This document shows, piece by piece, positions 44,560-54,320 of a stretch of DNA of 64,000 nt. The stretch comes from an uncultured Clostridia bacterium (GTDB lineage Bacteria; Bacillota; Clostridia; TANB77; CAG-508): NCBI GenBank assembly GCA_947632035.1, contig CANRNR010000006.1, positions 376-64,375 on the forward strand, written 5' to 3'. Every line of letters begins with the position of its first letter. Within the stretch, counting starts at the first letter, position 1. The position numbers and the translations under genes were made by a program. A model generated the notes under the pieces. It had not been told where the DNA came from, searched no databases, and saw nothing but the letters and a program-made list of their open reading frames with translations.

Positions 44560-47500
44560 TTAGTTTAATTTCTTTGTTAATACTCTTTTTTTAATTTCGT
44601 ACATTCCGAATGCAACTATTACTAGCATAACGATTATTAGTATTGATCCTATTACTAACTTTCCAGTTACTACTGATAGTATGATATCTGCTTTTGACAT
44701 ATCATCTTCTTCTGACATTTTGTTTCCTGGAACTGAGTCTATGTCTTGAGTTCCTTGCTCATTATAGCTTTCATATATTTCTGCATTATTATTTACTATA
44801 TTTCCTATATTTTTATCTGTTATGTTAAAGCTTAGTACTAAGGTTACTTCTTTACTTTCTCCTGGATTTATTATTTTATTTGCTAAACTTGTATTGTATA
44901 CATCTTGGTTATTATTTGATAAATACCAATCACTATTTAGTTCTGACATAAAGATGGCATCTTCTGGTAAATAATCAACTAATTTTTTTGCATAGCCTGC
45001 AACTTTTCCTTGGTTTGTTACTTTAATTTTGTATTCTACAATGATGTTACTTTTGTTTACATTTCTTGCTAATACTTCCACTTTTGCTAAACTTTCTTCG
45101 TTATAATTTGTTACTCTTGTACCAATTGTAGGTGTTGTTAATGTTATTTTGCTTATATACTTGTCCAATCTTAAATCAAATCTTTCTGCTTCATATATAC
45201 CTATATCTATATCTCTTGCATTTGAATTTGTTATTTTTATAACATCAGAAACTCCTGCTAATTTTCTCTCTCCTTCATATAATATGTTTATATCTATTGC
45301 ATCTGAATTTAATTCTTCTTCTACTCCCTCTGCTTGATATGTAGTTAATTTATAGCTTGCAGAATCATATAAGAATACTACCAAATATTCGCCTGGCATA
45401 ATATTTACAAATTCATATGTTCCATCATTTTTAGTTGTAGTCTTTTTCTGTAATTTTGTATCTACATCTGTTACAATAGTATTGTTTGATTTATCTAATA
45501 GCATAACTTCAATATTTTTTAATGTTTGCTCATTACTATCTCTTTTTCCATCTTTATTTTCATCTAGCCATGCTGTTCCTACAATTTTGTATCTGTCTTT
45601 GCTAGAACTATCTTTATCTTTATCATCTTTGTGTATTTCTTCATTGTATTCAATAACATTTGTTACAGTATTTGTTTCAATGCTATCAAAATTAGTTCCA
45701 GAAATTTGCATTTTATTTTTTATTGTTTTATCGTTTTTGTCTTCCAAAGCTTTTGCTCTTGCAATAATTGTAATTTCTGCTGTTTGTCCACTATATAATG
45801 TTTTTATAGTCATTTTTGCTACATTATTAGGTGCTTTTGAGATTTTGTTTTGTTTATTATTTATTGAGTAGTAACCTTGAACAAAAACCAAATCATCTGG
45901 TAATGTATCTGTTATTTCAATATTTGTTATATATGAAGAGCTTTCGTTTGTAATATTAAGTTTATATGTAATGTTTTCTCTTTCTTTTACGTATTTTGGC
46001 AAACCTGTTAAATCTGATACTGTTAATTTTACTTTTTCTGAATTATATGTAAGCTTATTAGAATAGTTTTCTTCTCCATTACCAATTCTTGCTGTAGCCA
46101 TCATAGAACTTTTTCCGTCAAAATCTTTTCCTGTTAATTTTAGTATAATAAGTTGTTCTTCTTCATTTAATTTATCTATTTTTACTTGCAAAGTATGATT
46201 TTTCTTATCATAGCTAATTCCTTCTGTCGTGGTTTCAGATTTCTCTGAGCTTTTTCTTATAGTTGCTTCTTTATAGGTAGTATTTTCTAATAATGGTATT
46301 GTTACTGTCACATCATTTACTTCTCCAATACCCATTGTATTTATATATAATTTAAATTCAAGTTCAGTACCATTTAATATATCTATATCTTCGGAATTTC
46401 TTCCTATTAATTTTAAATTTAATTTTCCTTCTTTTATGATGTTACTATATTCATTAGAAGGTATTTCATCTTCTATTCCATCTACTTTAACTGTTACTTT
46501 AGTCTTGAATTTTATCTCTGGTGTATCTCCTTCTAACGGTTGCATTTCACCATTTTCGTCTCTAAAGAATTTGTTTCCATCTACATCTGTAAAAATAGAT
46601 AATTTTAATATTGATTCATCTATTTGAATATAATATGTTGCATTTACTGTTTCTCCTGGTTTTATTGTTCCTACATCAATTTCCTTAGTTTCTCCTTCAA
46701 AAAGAGTTATATCATAGTTAGTTTTATATTCCATTAAGTTTGCATATTTTGGTTTTGGAACATTTACTTTTGCATTTGTAACTTCTTTATCTCCTGTATT
46801 AGTTATAGCTACTTGCATTTTTACTATTTGTCCTTCTCTTATTACATCTGCTGTTGATGATAACTCTACTTTTAAGTCTGGTCCTTCCCCAGTTGTAATT
46901 TTTATTATTGGTGATTCTTTTTCTTCATTCATTCTTGCTATTTCTGATACATTTGTATAATAAACTTTATACAATTCATAACTGCTATTGTTGTAAGTTA
47001 AACTTTCTGGTATTTCTATATCGTAGCTAAATTCTATTATTTTTTCTTTTTCCATTTCATAGCTTTCATCTGCAACTATCATGTATGATTTTGCTTGATT
47101 TGTAAAACTTTCTGTCCATTCATTTTCTAAATCTTCTAAGCTTGAATTTGCATCTACTTTACTTGAATAATATACTTTATAATTCTCTATTCCTTTTACA
47201 TTTACTTCTGTTTTTATTGTTGCATCAAATGTTGCTCCTAATTCTTCATTAGAATCTATTTTTTTATTATCTTTCGATGGTAATCTTCCTAATATTTTTA
47301 TGTCTGTTATTTTGTTTCCATAATTATTTATTACTGTTCCTGTTACTGTTGCTATTTTCTTTTCACTATATGTTTTTACTTCTGCTACTGATGTTTTTTC
47401 TGCTGATATAGACATTATTTTTTTGTTATTTCCTGCATAATTTGTTATTGTATTTGCAGTTACTACTCCTGTTGGTGCAATAAAGTTTATTATTGCTTCT

Positions 47501-49782
47501 TCTTTTCCTTCTTTATTTTTTACTACTTCATTTTCGTTTACATAAGTCATCTCTACTTTGTTTTCATTTGTTGGAGTTAATGGGTCCAAGTCTATATCTG
47601 TATTTAATAATATTATTGTTCCTTTGTAGTCTGCTCCTATTGTATATTCTGTTTGTTCTCCTTCTAATTCTACTACTATTACTGATTCATCATTTATTTT
47701 TTCTATATTGGCATTTTTTATCTTTAATCCATTGTTCATTACAATGTCTGTTGATTTTAGATTTATATTGCTTATATATGATGGTAATTTTATTCTTAAA
47801 GTAGGATTTTTGTATAATGCATTATTTAAATCTGATGTATCTAGTACTACCCTTATTTGCACATTTTCATTTGTTACTACTGTTGATAGACTTTCTGGTG
47901 CTATGCTTATCTCTGCTTTATTTGTTAATTCTTCTAATTGTATTTCATTTTTCAAAGCTTGCTCGTTTGTATTTGTTCTTGCTATAGCTTCTGTTTCTAT
48001 TTTTGTTATTTCCTTCATTTGCTCTTTTGTGTATTCTGTATTTTCTTTAAATGCTTTTGTTATTTCTAATTTCATAGTTCCTTCTGATATTAGTTCTGAT
48101 GTTTTTATTTTTAATTCTGAAGCTTTTTCTTCTACTATATCTAAAACGTAATCTTTTGTTTGATTATCTAAATAACTTGTTTTTACATTTTCTGTTTCTT
48201 CTTCTAATTCGTCTTGCTCATTATTTATTTGCTCATTATTTACTTGCTGGCTATTTATTTGCTCATTTTTTATTACTGCTATAACTTCTCCATCCTTTGT
48301 GCTTATTTCTATACTTCCTTCTTCACCTAGCATTTTTTTGAAATTTTCTTCTGATATTCTTATTTGTTTTACATATGTATTGTTTCCACTTAAGTATTTT
48401 TCATTTTGATATTCGATTTTGTCATTTTTAATTTCATATTCTATATTTTGATTTAATTTTGTATCATATATGTCTGTTTTATATATTACATCATATTCTG
48501 TTTCTTGTTTATTTTCTTTCTTACTATAATTTGCATACATGTATGCTTTACTTAGTTTTTCATTAGTTGTTGCATCAAATTCTGTTATGTTTCCTTTTTC
48601 TTCTTCTATACTATAGTTAATTACTCCTTCTATTCCTATTGTAGCTTCTTCTGGGTTATAGGTTTCTAATTCTACTTCTACTTTTATTTCTCCTGTTATC
48701 GCTTGCTCATTTGTTTTTCCTTGCTCTATTTCTTCTTCTGTTAATTTTCCTGCTTTTGCTTCTTTAATTTGCTCTTGTATATAATCGTATATTTCTTTTC
48801 CTTCATATATAAATGTTATTATGTATTCGTCTTTTCCTTCTCCCCAAGTTATTTTTCCTTCTGCAACATTATTACTTACTTCTATTACTATTTTTCCTTC
48901 TTCTTTATTATAAGTATAATTTTCTTTTCCAAATATATTTTCACTTGAGTTTCCTTTCGTTGCTTTTAATGAATTTGAAATAACACTTATCCTTTCTGGT
49001 TTTTTACTTTCAAATTCTTCCGTTGGTTCTCCATCTAGCATTTTCTCTGATAATTGATTTTGTGTTTCTTCATCTGTATTTGGAAGTTTTATTTCTGGTA
49101 CTTCTATTTGTAATTTTGTTTTTGCTATTGGTAATTTATTTTCTTTTATTCCTGTTGTTATTTTACTTTGTACCATAACTCCATATTCGTTATCTTTATG
49201 ATATGGTATATATTTAGATACTTCTCCTTCTATTTCTATTTCTGGATTAGCTTGCCATCTTATTCTGTTTGTTATTGTTTTTTCTACTTTTTTCTCATCG
49301 CCATTTCCATTTATATAATTTCCGTTAAAGTATATTCTTGTATCTTTTGAAAAATAATCATTATCTATTTGAGCATCCTTTTTAAAAGTGATTGGTAAGC
49401 TTATTAAAACTTCCTCGCCACTTTTTATTTGTTCTAGATAAATTTTCCCATTCTCTATTTTTTGTATATAATTAGATTCCACTTGGCTACTATCTACTTC
49501 AAAGTTTTGATTTCCTAATTCTACTATTCCATTTCTTAGATAGCCACTTTCTTTTACATTTATTTTAATGTATAAATTGCCTCCTGTTGATGTATCAAGT
49601 GTTTTCTCATGATCTCCACCCTCTAAGTAACTATTAAATTCTACATTAGAGCTATTTGTTTTGCTATTTTGTGTAGGTAATGTAGTTGATAATGCTATTA
49701 CTTGTGAACCCACATTTAACAAGTTGCCACTAAGTAATATTACTAGCATAATTATTGATATAATTTTTTTCCTAAGTCTCAT
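44560..49782 (-). CDS. Giant (1740 aa) surface scaffold protein, copy B (paralogue of 33134..38419)
   Basis: The signal peptide and first ~60 aa are almost identical to copy A (MRLRKKIISIIMLVILLSGNLLNVGSQVIALSTTLPTQNSKTN). DUF11 signature GQIVKMQVAITNTGDKEVTNAKVNVP. YKIVGTAWLDENKDGKRDSNE. C-terminus ...SVVTGKLVIGSILIIVMLVIVAFGMYEIKKRVLTKKLN. Confidence 0.85.
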   Translation of the reverse strand: MRLRKKIISIIMLVILLSGNLLNVGSQVIALSTTLPTQNSKTNSSNVEFNSYLEGGDHEKTLDTSTGGNLYIKINVKESGYLRNGIVELGNQNFEVDSSQVESNYIQKIENGKIYLEQIKSGEEVLISLPITFKKDAQIDNDYFSKDTRIYFNGNYINGNGDEKKVEKTITNRIRWQANPEIEIEGEVSKYIPYHKDNEYGVMVQSKITTGIKENKLPIAKTKLQIEVPEIKLPNTDEETQNQLSEKMLDGEPTEEFESKKPERISVISNSLKATKGNSSENIFGKENYTYNKEEGKIVIEVSNNVAEGKITWGEGKDEYIITFIYEGKEIYDYIQEQIKEAKAGKLTEEEIEQGKTNEQAITGEIKVEVELETYNPEEATIGIEGVINYSIEEEKGNITEFDATTNEKLSKAYMYANYSKKENKQETEYDVIYKTDIYDTKLNQNIEYEIKNDKIEYQNEKYLSGNNTYVKQIRISEENFKKMLGEEGSIEISTKDGEVIAVIKNEQINSQQVNNEQINNEQDELEEETENVKTSYLDNQTKDYVLDIVEEKASELKIKTSELISEGTMKLEITKAFKENTEYTKEQMKEITKIETEAIARTNTNEQALKNEIQLEELTNKAEISIAPESLSTVVTNENVQIRVVLDTSDLNNALYKNPTLRIKLPSYISNINLKSTDIVMNNGLKIKNANIEKINDESVIVVELEGEQTEYTIGADYKGTIILLNTDIDLDPLTPTNENKVEMTYVNENEVVKNKEGKEEAIINFIAPTGVVTANTITNYAGNNKKIMSISAEKTSVAEVKTYSEKKIATVTGTVINNYGNKITDIKILGRLPSKDNKKIDSNEELGATFDATIKTEVNVKGIENYKVYYSSKVDANSSLEDLENEWTESFTNQAKSYMIVADESYEMEKEKIIEFSYDIEIPESLTYNNSSYELYKVYYTNVSEIARMNEEKESPIIKITTGEGPDLKVELSSTADVIREGQIVKMQVAITNTGDKEVTNAKVNVPKPKYANLMEYKTNYDITLFEGETKEIDVGTIKPGETVNATYYIQIDESILKLSIFTDVDGNKFFRDENGEMQPLEGDTPEIKFKTKVTVKVDGIEDEIPSNEYSNIIKEGKLNLKLIGRNSEDIDILNGTELEFKLYINTMGIGEVNDVTVTIPLLENTTYKEATIRKSSEKSETTTEGISYDKKNHTLQVKIDKLNEEEQLIILKLTGKDFDGKSSMMATARIGNGEENYSNKLTYNSEKVKLTVSDLTGLPKYVKERENITYKLNITNESSSYITNIEITDTLPDDLVFVQGYYSINNKQNKISKAPNNVAKMTIKTLYSGQTAEITIIARAKALEDKNDKTIKNKMQISGTNFDSIETNTVTNVIEYNEEIHKDDKDKDSSSKDRYKIVGTAWLDENKDGKRDSNEQTLKNIEVMLLDKSNNTIVTDVDTKLQKKTTTKNDGTYEFVNIMPGEYLVVFLYDSASYKLTTYQAEGVEEELNSDAIDINILYEGERKLAGVSDVIKITNSNARDIDIGIYEAERFDLRLDKYISKITLTTPTIGTRVTNYNEESLAKVEVLARNVNKSNIIVEYKIKVTNQGKVAGYAKKLVDYLPEDAIFMSELNSDWYLSNNNQDVYNTSLANKIINPGESKEVTLVLSFNITDKNIGNIVNNNAEIYESYNEQGTQDIDSVPGNKMSEEDDMSKADIILSVVTGKLVIGSILIIVMLVIVAFGMYEIKKRVLTKKLN
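48215..48274 (-). repeat. Four 15-nt in-frame tandem units (Asn/Gln/Glu-rich insert specific to copy B)
   Basis: ttgctcattatttat-like units encode NEQINSQQVNNEQINNEQ. No equivalent is present in 33134..38419. Confidence 0.6.
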
Positions 49783-49828
49783 AGTAACCTCCTAAATCTT
49801 CTTATGAACATAATTGTTCTATAATATC

Positions 49829-49856
49829 AATTTACCACATTTATTTATTTTTTCAA
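49829..49856 (-). promoter_or_regulatory. Promoter of the copy-B operon: -35 TTGAAA (49851-49856), 16-nt spacer, extended -10 TGGTAAATT (49829-49837)
   Basis: Collinear with the copy-A promoter and 5'UTR (catagtaacctcctaaat...ttctataatatcaatt...). TCCGTAAA box at 49897-49904. Confidence 0.5.
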
Positions 49857-50180
49857 TGGTTATTTTTTCTAATTAAATATAGTAATATGATTTGTGTTTA
49901 CGGATAGTGTTTTTTGTTTAGAAATATTAAATTTTTGTAACAATTTAGCAATTTTTGTCATAAAACATTATTTGTTTTTTAATTTGTATACATAATGTTA
50001 ATATGGTAATCTTTATTTTATAAATTATTTTATCTTTTGGTAACATTTTTTCAAGAAGTGAATATATATGAATATAGATAAATTGAATAATAATAAGTAT
50101 AAAAAATATTCAAATATAGATAAATGAAGTTTTATATTATTGTGTAAATTTTGATTAATATTGAAAGGAGCAAATTTTTT

Positions 50181-50429
50181 ATGGATATTCCCAAAGATAT
50201 TGATGTTACAAAACTTATGAATATGCTTTCTCAAATGGATAAAAAGCAAGTTGAAGAAGGTTTAAACCAAATTAGTAAAATGCTAAATAATAATGGTAAT
50301 AATAGCAATTATAATAATAACAACAATGGTAATTATAATAAGAATTACAATAATACCAATAGTAGCTATAATAAGAATTACAATAACAATAATGGTCAAA
50401 CTTTTAATGGAAGGAGAAATAACTCTTAA
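50181..50429 (+). CDS. Small (82 aa) protein with an Asn/Tyr-rich low-complexity tail
   Basis: ATG at 50181 lies 9 nt after GAAAGGAG (50164-50171). MDIPKDIDVTKLMNMLSQMDKKQVEEGLNQISKML followed by NNNGNNSNYNNNNNGNYNKNYNN... Confidence 0.55.
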   Translation: MDIPKDIDVTKLMNMLSQMDKKQVEEGLNQISKMLNNNGNNSNYNNNNNGNYNKNYNNTNSSYNKNYNNNNGQTFNGRRNNS

Positions 50430-50437
50430 ATTTTATA

Positions 50438-50896
50438 TTGAGTTATCATAAAATAATGAGTGAAGATATTTCTGATATTATGCAAAAAGTTAATAATATG
50501 ATACAAAATAATCAAATACCTAATGATTTGAAAAATATGCTTGAACAATTTTCTTCTAATAATAGTTCTAAAAATACTTTTAATGGTGCTTCAAATAACA
50601 CTTCTAATAATACTGCAAATAACTTATCAAAAGATTCTTCTAGCCAAGATAATATGAACCAAAATTCTTCAGAAATGCCTGATTTTGATATAAATACTAT
50701 TCTTAAAATGAAATCTATAATGGATAATATGAATAATAATCAGTCTGATCCAAGGTCTAATTTGCTTAGATCTTTAAAGCCATATTTAAGAGAAAGTAGA
50801 AAAAATAAGGTTGATGAATATATTAAATTATTTCGCATAGGAAAAATATTTGAAATGATGAATACTTCAGGTGGTGAAAAGAAAAATGATATATAA
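50438..50896 (+). CDS. Hypothetical protein with an Asn/Ser-rich middle and conserved-looking C-terminus (start uncertain: TTG 50438 or ATG 50456)
   Basis: ORF directly after the preceding gene. C-terminus DPRSNLLRSLKPYLRESRKNKVDEYIKLFRIGKIFEMM. No clear SD. Confidence 0.5.
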   Translation: MSYHKIMSEDISDIMQKVNNMIQNNQIPNDLKNMLEQFSSNNSSKNTFNGASNNTSNNTANNLSKDSSSQDNMNQNSSEMPDFDINTILKMKSIMDNMNNNQSDPRSNLLRSLKPYLRESRKNKVDEYIKLFRIGKIFEMMNTSGGEKKNDI

Positions 50897-51194
50897 TTAT
50901 CCTTTTTTTAATTTTCCTCATTCAAGAAATTATTATCCTTATCGTAATTATAATTCTAGTTATGTAAACAATGTGTTGGAATCAAAAAAAGTCTCTCCTT
51001 CTGAATCTCAACAAAAAAAGGAGAGAATTTTGAGTGAAAAATCTTCTAATGAAGATAATTCTTTTTTTGAAATTTTTGGATTAAAATTGTATTATGATGA
51101 TATTCTTTTAATTTGCCTTATTTTCTTTTTGTACAAAGAAGATATTAAAGATAATTATCTAATGTTTGCTTTAGTTTTGTTGCTTCTTACATAA
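50886..51194 (+). CDS. Hypothetical small protein (102 aa) with a C-terminal hydrophobic segment
   Basis: ATG at 50886 lies 8 nt after GGTGGTGA and overlaps the end of the preceding ORF. ...DDILLICLIFFLYKEDIKDNYLMFALVLLLLT. Confidence 0.45.
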   Translation: MIYNYPFFNFPHSRNYYPYRNYNSSYVNNVLESKKVSPSESQQKKERILSEKSSNEDNSFFEIFGLKLYYDDILLICLIFFLYKEDIKDNYLMFALVLLLLT

Positions 51195-51314
51195 TCCATT
51201 CTTGCTTTATTATGTAATTTTTAAGCTGACAGCTTTATGTATAAAGCATTCTTTGCATTATATACTTTTTTAGCATAATACATATTTGCAATAATATGTA
51301 AACCTTTGGATTAA

Positions 51315-51926
51315 TTATTCTAATATTATTTTATTCTCGTCATTTACATATGCACATGTTTTTATTTCTTCTAATTCATTTTTTTCTATTTCTTTTATTA
51401 TACTTGCAATACGAATTTGTACTGATTCTATTGATGCTGCTGCGATAATTGCTTCTTTATTTCCCTTTGCACCTGCATGAGCTATACCCCTTAGAATTCC
51501 TAGAACTACGATATTTTCACCTGCTAAAACTTCAGCTCCTGCATTGACATCTCCTAGAACTACTAAACTTCCTTCAAATTCTATTTTTTGTCCTGATCTT
51601 AAAGAACCTCTATGAAATTTGGTTTCAGATGTTGCAATTTCTTTACTAAATGTTTTCTTAATTCCATGTAATCCTAATATTTTAGGTGTATCAAAACTTA
51701 CTTCTACAGAAATTATTCCTTGTATAACTTCTTGAATCTGTTCCATTTCTTTATTCTTAAAAACTTTACCTGTTACTAAAATAGGAGTTTTATCATCTTT
51801 ATATAATTTTTTTAATTCTGATACTTTTTTCTTTAATTCTTGCAAAATTTCCTTTTGTTCCCCTTTTTCATCTACATTGATTATTACTTGATCTTTTTTG
51901 GTTTGGACACTAATACAATTTTTCAT
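51315..51926 (-). CDS. minC: Septum site-determining protein MinC
   Basis: C-terminal beta-helix signature GSLRSGQKIEFEGSLVVLGDVNAGAEVLAGENIVVLGILRGIAHAG. It lies downstream of mreBCD-PBP2. Confidence 0.85.
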   Translation of the reverse strand: MKNCISVQTKKDQVIINVDEKGEQKEILQELKKKVSELKKLYKDDKTPILVTGKVFKNKEMEQIQEVIQGIISVEVSFDTPKILGLHGIKKTFSKEIATSETKFHRGSLRSGQKIEFEGSLVVLGDVNAGAEVLAGENIVVLGILRGIAHAGAKGNKEAIIAAASIESVQIRIASIIKEIEKNELEEIKTCAYVNDENKIILE

Positions 51927-51994
51927 TTTTTTCCCTTATAATATATTTATAATCCTTATTTAAAATAATAGATTTTATAAATATACCCTTTCTT

Positions 51995-52180
51995 TTATAA
52001 TATTTATATTATTTCTCTTATAATATTTATTTTGTTTCTTATATACTGTTTATTTTATTTTTCGCATAATTATTTATCTTTTTTAACTTATAATGCTTAT
52101 CTTGTTTCTCATATACTGTTTATTTTATTTTTCGCATAATTATTTATCTTTTTTAACTTATACTGTTTACCTTGTTTCTC
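51995..52180. repeat. Tandem repeat block between the PBP2 gene and minC: two 70-bp units (47 bp identical) plus four copies of a 23-mer, the last overlapping the PBP2 stop codon
   Basis: atatactgtttattttatttttcgcataattatttatcttttttaac occurs at 52041-52087 and again at 52111-52157. ttataatatttatNttNtttctc-like 23-mers start at 51995, 52018, 52088 and 52158. Confidence 0.85.
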
Positions 52181-54266
52181 CTGTGCTTGGAATTGCTGTT
52201 GTATCTTCTTTTACATTCTTTGCATCTGTTCCAAAGTATGATTTTATAATTTCTTTTGCAACAGGTGCTACATTTCCTCCTGCTCCTGCATTTTCTATTA
52301 ATACTACTACTGCAATTTCTGGGTTATCATATGGAGCAAATCCAGCAAACCATCCGTTTACTCTTCCTTTTGTACTTGTTTCTGCTGAACCAGTTTTACC
52401 TGCAATATCAATTCCTAAATCTGAGAAAATATAATATGCAGTTCCACCACTTTCACTAGTAACACCTTTCATTCCTTTTCTTACGATTTCTAATGTGTTT
52501 TTGCTAATATCTAAATCTTTTAATTCTTTTGGAGTTTCATTTCCTAATTTTTTATCTATTTTTTCTGTAATTTCTTGTTTATTTATTTCATTTCCATCAA
52601 TATCTGTAATTGATTTTATTAAAGTAACATCTACTTCTTTTCCTCCATTTGCTATCATACTTATATATTTTGCTATTTGAATAGGTGTATATTCATTGTA
52701 GCTTTGCCCTATTACAGCAGATAGTGTATCACCAAATTGCCAGTCTTGTCCAGTTTGCTTTTTACAATATTCTTCTAAATCTACTATTCCTTTTCCTTCT
52801 CCGTATAGTTCTATTCCAGTTTTTGAACCTAATCCATAAATTTTTGCATATTTTATTACTGGTGAAATTCCCATTCTATAGCCCATTTCATAGAAAAAGT
52901 AATTACAAGATTTTTGAATTGCTTGCTTTATACTTAAAGGTCCATGTCCATATCCATATTGTGTATAATACCAGCATGCTGGATGATAACCTCTAGGGTA
53001 TTTTCCTATGTCATTTACTGTTTCATTTTCTGTAACTGTTTTTGTTTCTAATGCTGCTGTGGCTACTACCATTTTAAATATTGATCCAGGTGCATATGAC
53101 CCTGTAATTGCTCTATTATATAAGTTACTTCCTTTATTATATTCTTCTAGCTTTTCTTCTGTAATTCCTGTGATGTATAACTCTGGCTCATAGTCTGGGT
53201 AGCTTGCTAATGCTAGAACTTCACCAGTATTTACATCCATTACAATTACTGCTCCACCATCTGCATTATATTTTTTTCCATATTCACCTTTTTTAATTTT
53301 TTCTACATTCTTTTTTAGTGCATCTTCTACCACTTTTTGTAGATTTGCATCAATTGTTAATGTAACATTATTTCCTGCTATTGCTTCTTTTGTAATATAT
53401 TCTCCTGTAATTGTTCCATCTACTGCCATATCTAGTTGCTTTATGCCATCTTGTCCTTTTAGGTATTCTTCTAAAGTTGCTTCTATTCCAGTTTTTCCTA
53501 TTATATCATTTATATTGTAAGTATCTTTTCTAGTTTCGTATTCTTCTTCAGATATTGCACCTACCTGTCCTAAAACATGTGATGCTAAGCTTCCATATGG
53601 ATATACAACAACTGGCTCTGTAACTACACCAGCTCCTGGGAAATAACTACTTTGCTCTCTTATTTCATTTACACTTAAACTACTAATATTTTTTGATATA
53701 GTTACTGGTTTGATATTTCCAAATCCATTTCTGCTTGTTTCATATCTTACTACCATAATTTTTCTGGCTTTTTCTGGGTTTTCCTCTTGTATATCATATT
53801 TTTGTTTTAAGAAGTTAAAAACTTCTTCTGCTGTTATATTTTCATCTATTCCATTATTTACTTTCCATTTTTTTTGACTTTCTTCATCCTTTATTGTAAA
53901 CTCATATGGTTTTACTTTTATTGGTAAATTATCTATACATTTATCTCCATTTTTTTCTAATAATTCTACTAATTTTAATATTGTTTGATTGAAGGTTTGG
54001 TTGTCCATTTTTGTTTTATATAATTCTAGACTATATCCTATTTTTGTAGTAACAAGCTTGTTTCCATTTGCATCTGTTACATCACCTCTTGCAGCTTTTA
54101 AAGTAGATTCTCTGGTAAGTCTAGTATTAGATGTTTGCCTATATTCTTCTCCATGTACTATTTGTAGATTAAATAATTGAAATAGCAAGATTATTCCGAT
54201 TATGTATACTAACATTATTATAATATTGTATCTTATCTTTTCATTTCTTGCTTTTTTATTTTTCAA
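52167..54266 (-). CDS. mrdA: Penicillin-binding protein 2 (elongation transpeptidase)
   Basis: N-terminal TM. SxxK (GSIFKMV), SxN (KSCNYF) and KTG (AGKTGSAE) motifs. Located in the mreBCD cluster. Confidence 0.85.
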   Translation of the reverse strand: MKNKKARNEKIRYNIIIMLVYIIGIILLFQLFNLQIVHGEEYRQTSNTRLTRESTLKAARGDVTDANGNKLVTTKIGYSLELYKTKMDNQTFNQTILKLVELLEKNGDKCIDNLPIKVKPYEFTIKDEESQKKWKVNNGIDENITAEEVFNFLKQKYDIQEENPEKARKIMVVRYETSRNGFGNIKPVTISKNISSLSVNEIREQSSYFPGAGVVTEPVVVYPYGSLASHVLGQVGAISEEEYETRKDTYNINDIIGKTGIEATLEEYLKGQDGIKQLDMAVDGTITGEYITKEAIAGNNVTLTIDANLQKVVEDALKKNVEKIKKGEYGKKYNADGGAVIVMDVNTGEVLALASYPDYEPELYITGITEEKLEEYNKGSNLYNRAITGSYAPGSIFKMVVATAALETKTVTENETVNDIGKYPRGYHPACWYYTQYGYGHGPLSIKQAIQKSCNYFFYEMGYRMGISPVIKYAKIYGLGSKTGIELYGEGKGIVDLEEYCKKQTGQDWQFGDTLSAVIGQSYNEYTPIQIAKYISMIANGGKEVDVTLIKSITDIDGNEINKQEITEKIDKKLGNETPKELKDLDISKNTLEIVRKGMKGVTSESGGTAYYIFSDLGIDIAGKTGSAETSTKGRVNGWFAGFAPYDNPEIAVVVLIENAGAGGNVAPVAKEIIKSYFGTDAKNVKEDTTAIPSTGETR

Positions 54267-54320
54267 TTTTTTCTCCTTTCAATTTATTACTTAAAAATCT
54301 ATTTTTAAATTTTATGTTAC

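Noticed and set aside
27466-49782. Interpretation of the adhesin block as a sortase-assembled pilus operon
   Set aside because: No sortase gene is in the window and there are no LPxTG motifs. I could not find a pilin motif (YPKN-type) or an E-box. Both partners have their own TM anchors.
50025-50249. 74-aa minus-strand ORF in the divergent intergenic region
   Set aside because: It has no SD and a low-complexity sequence. It overlaps the SD and start of the better-supported plus-strand gene (ATG 50181) and the region upstream of the copy-B promoter.
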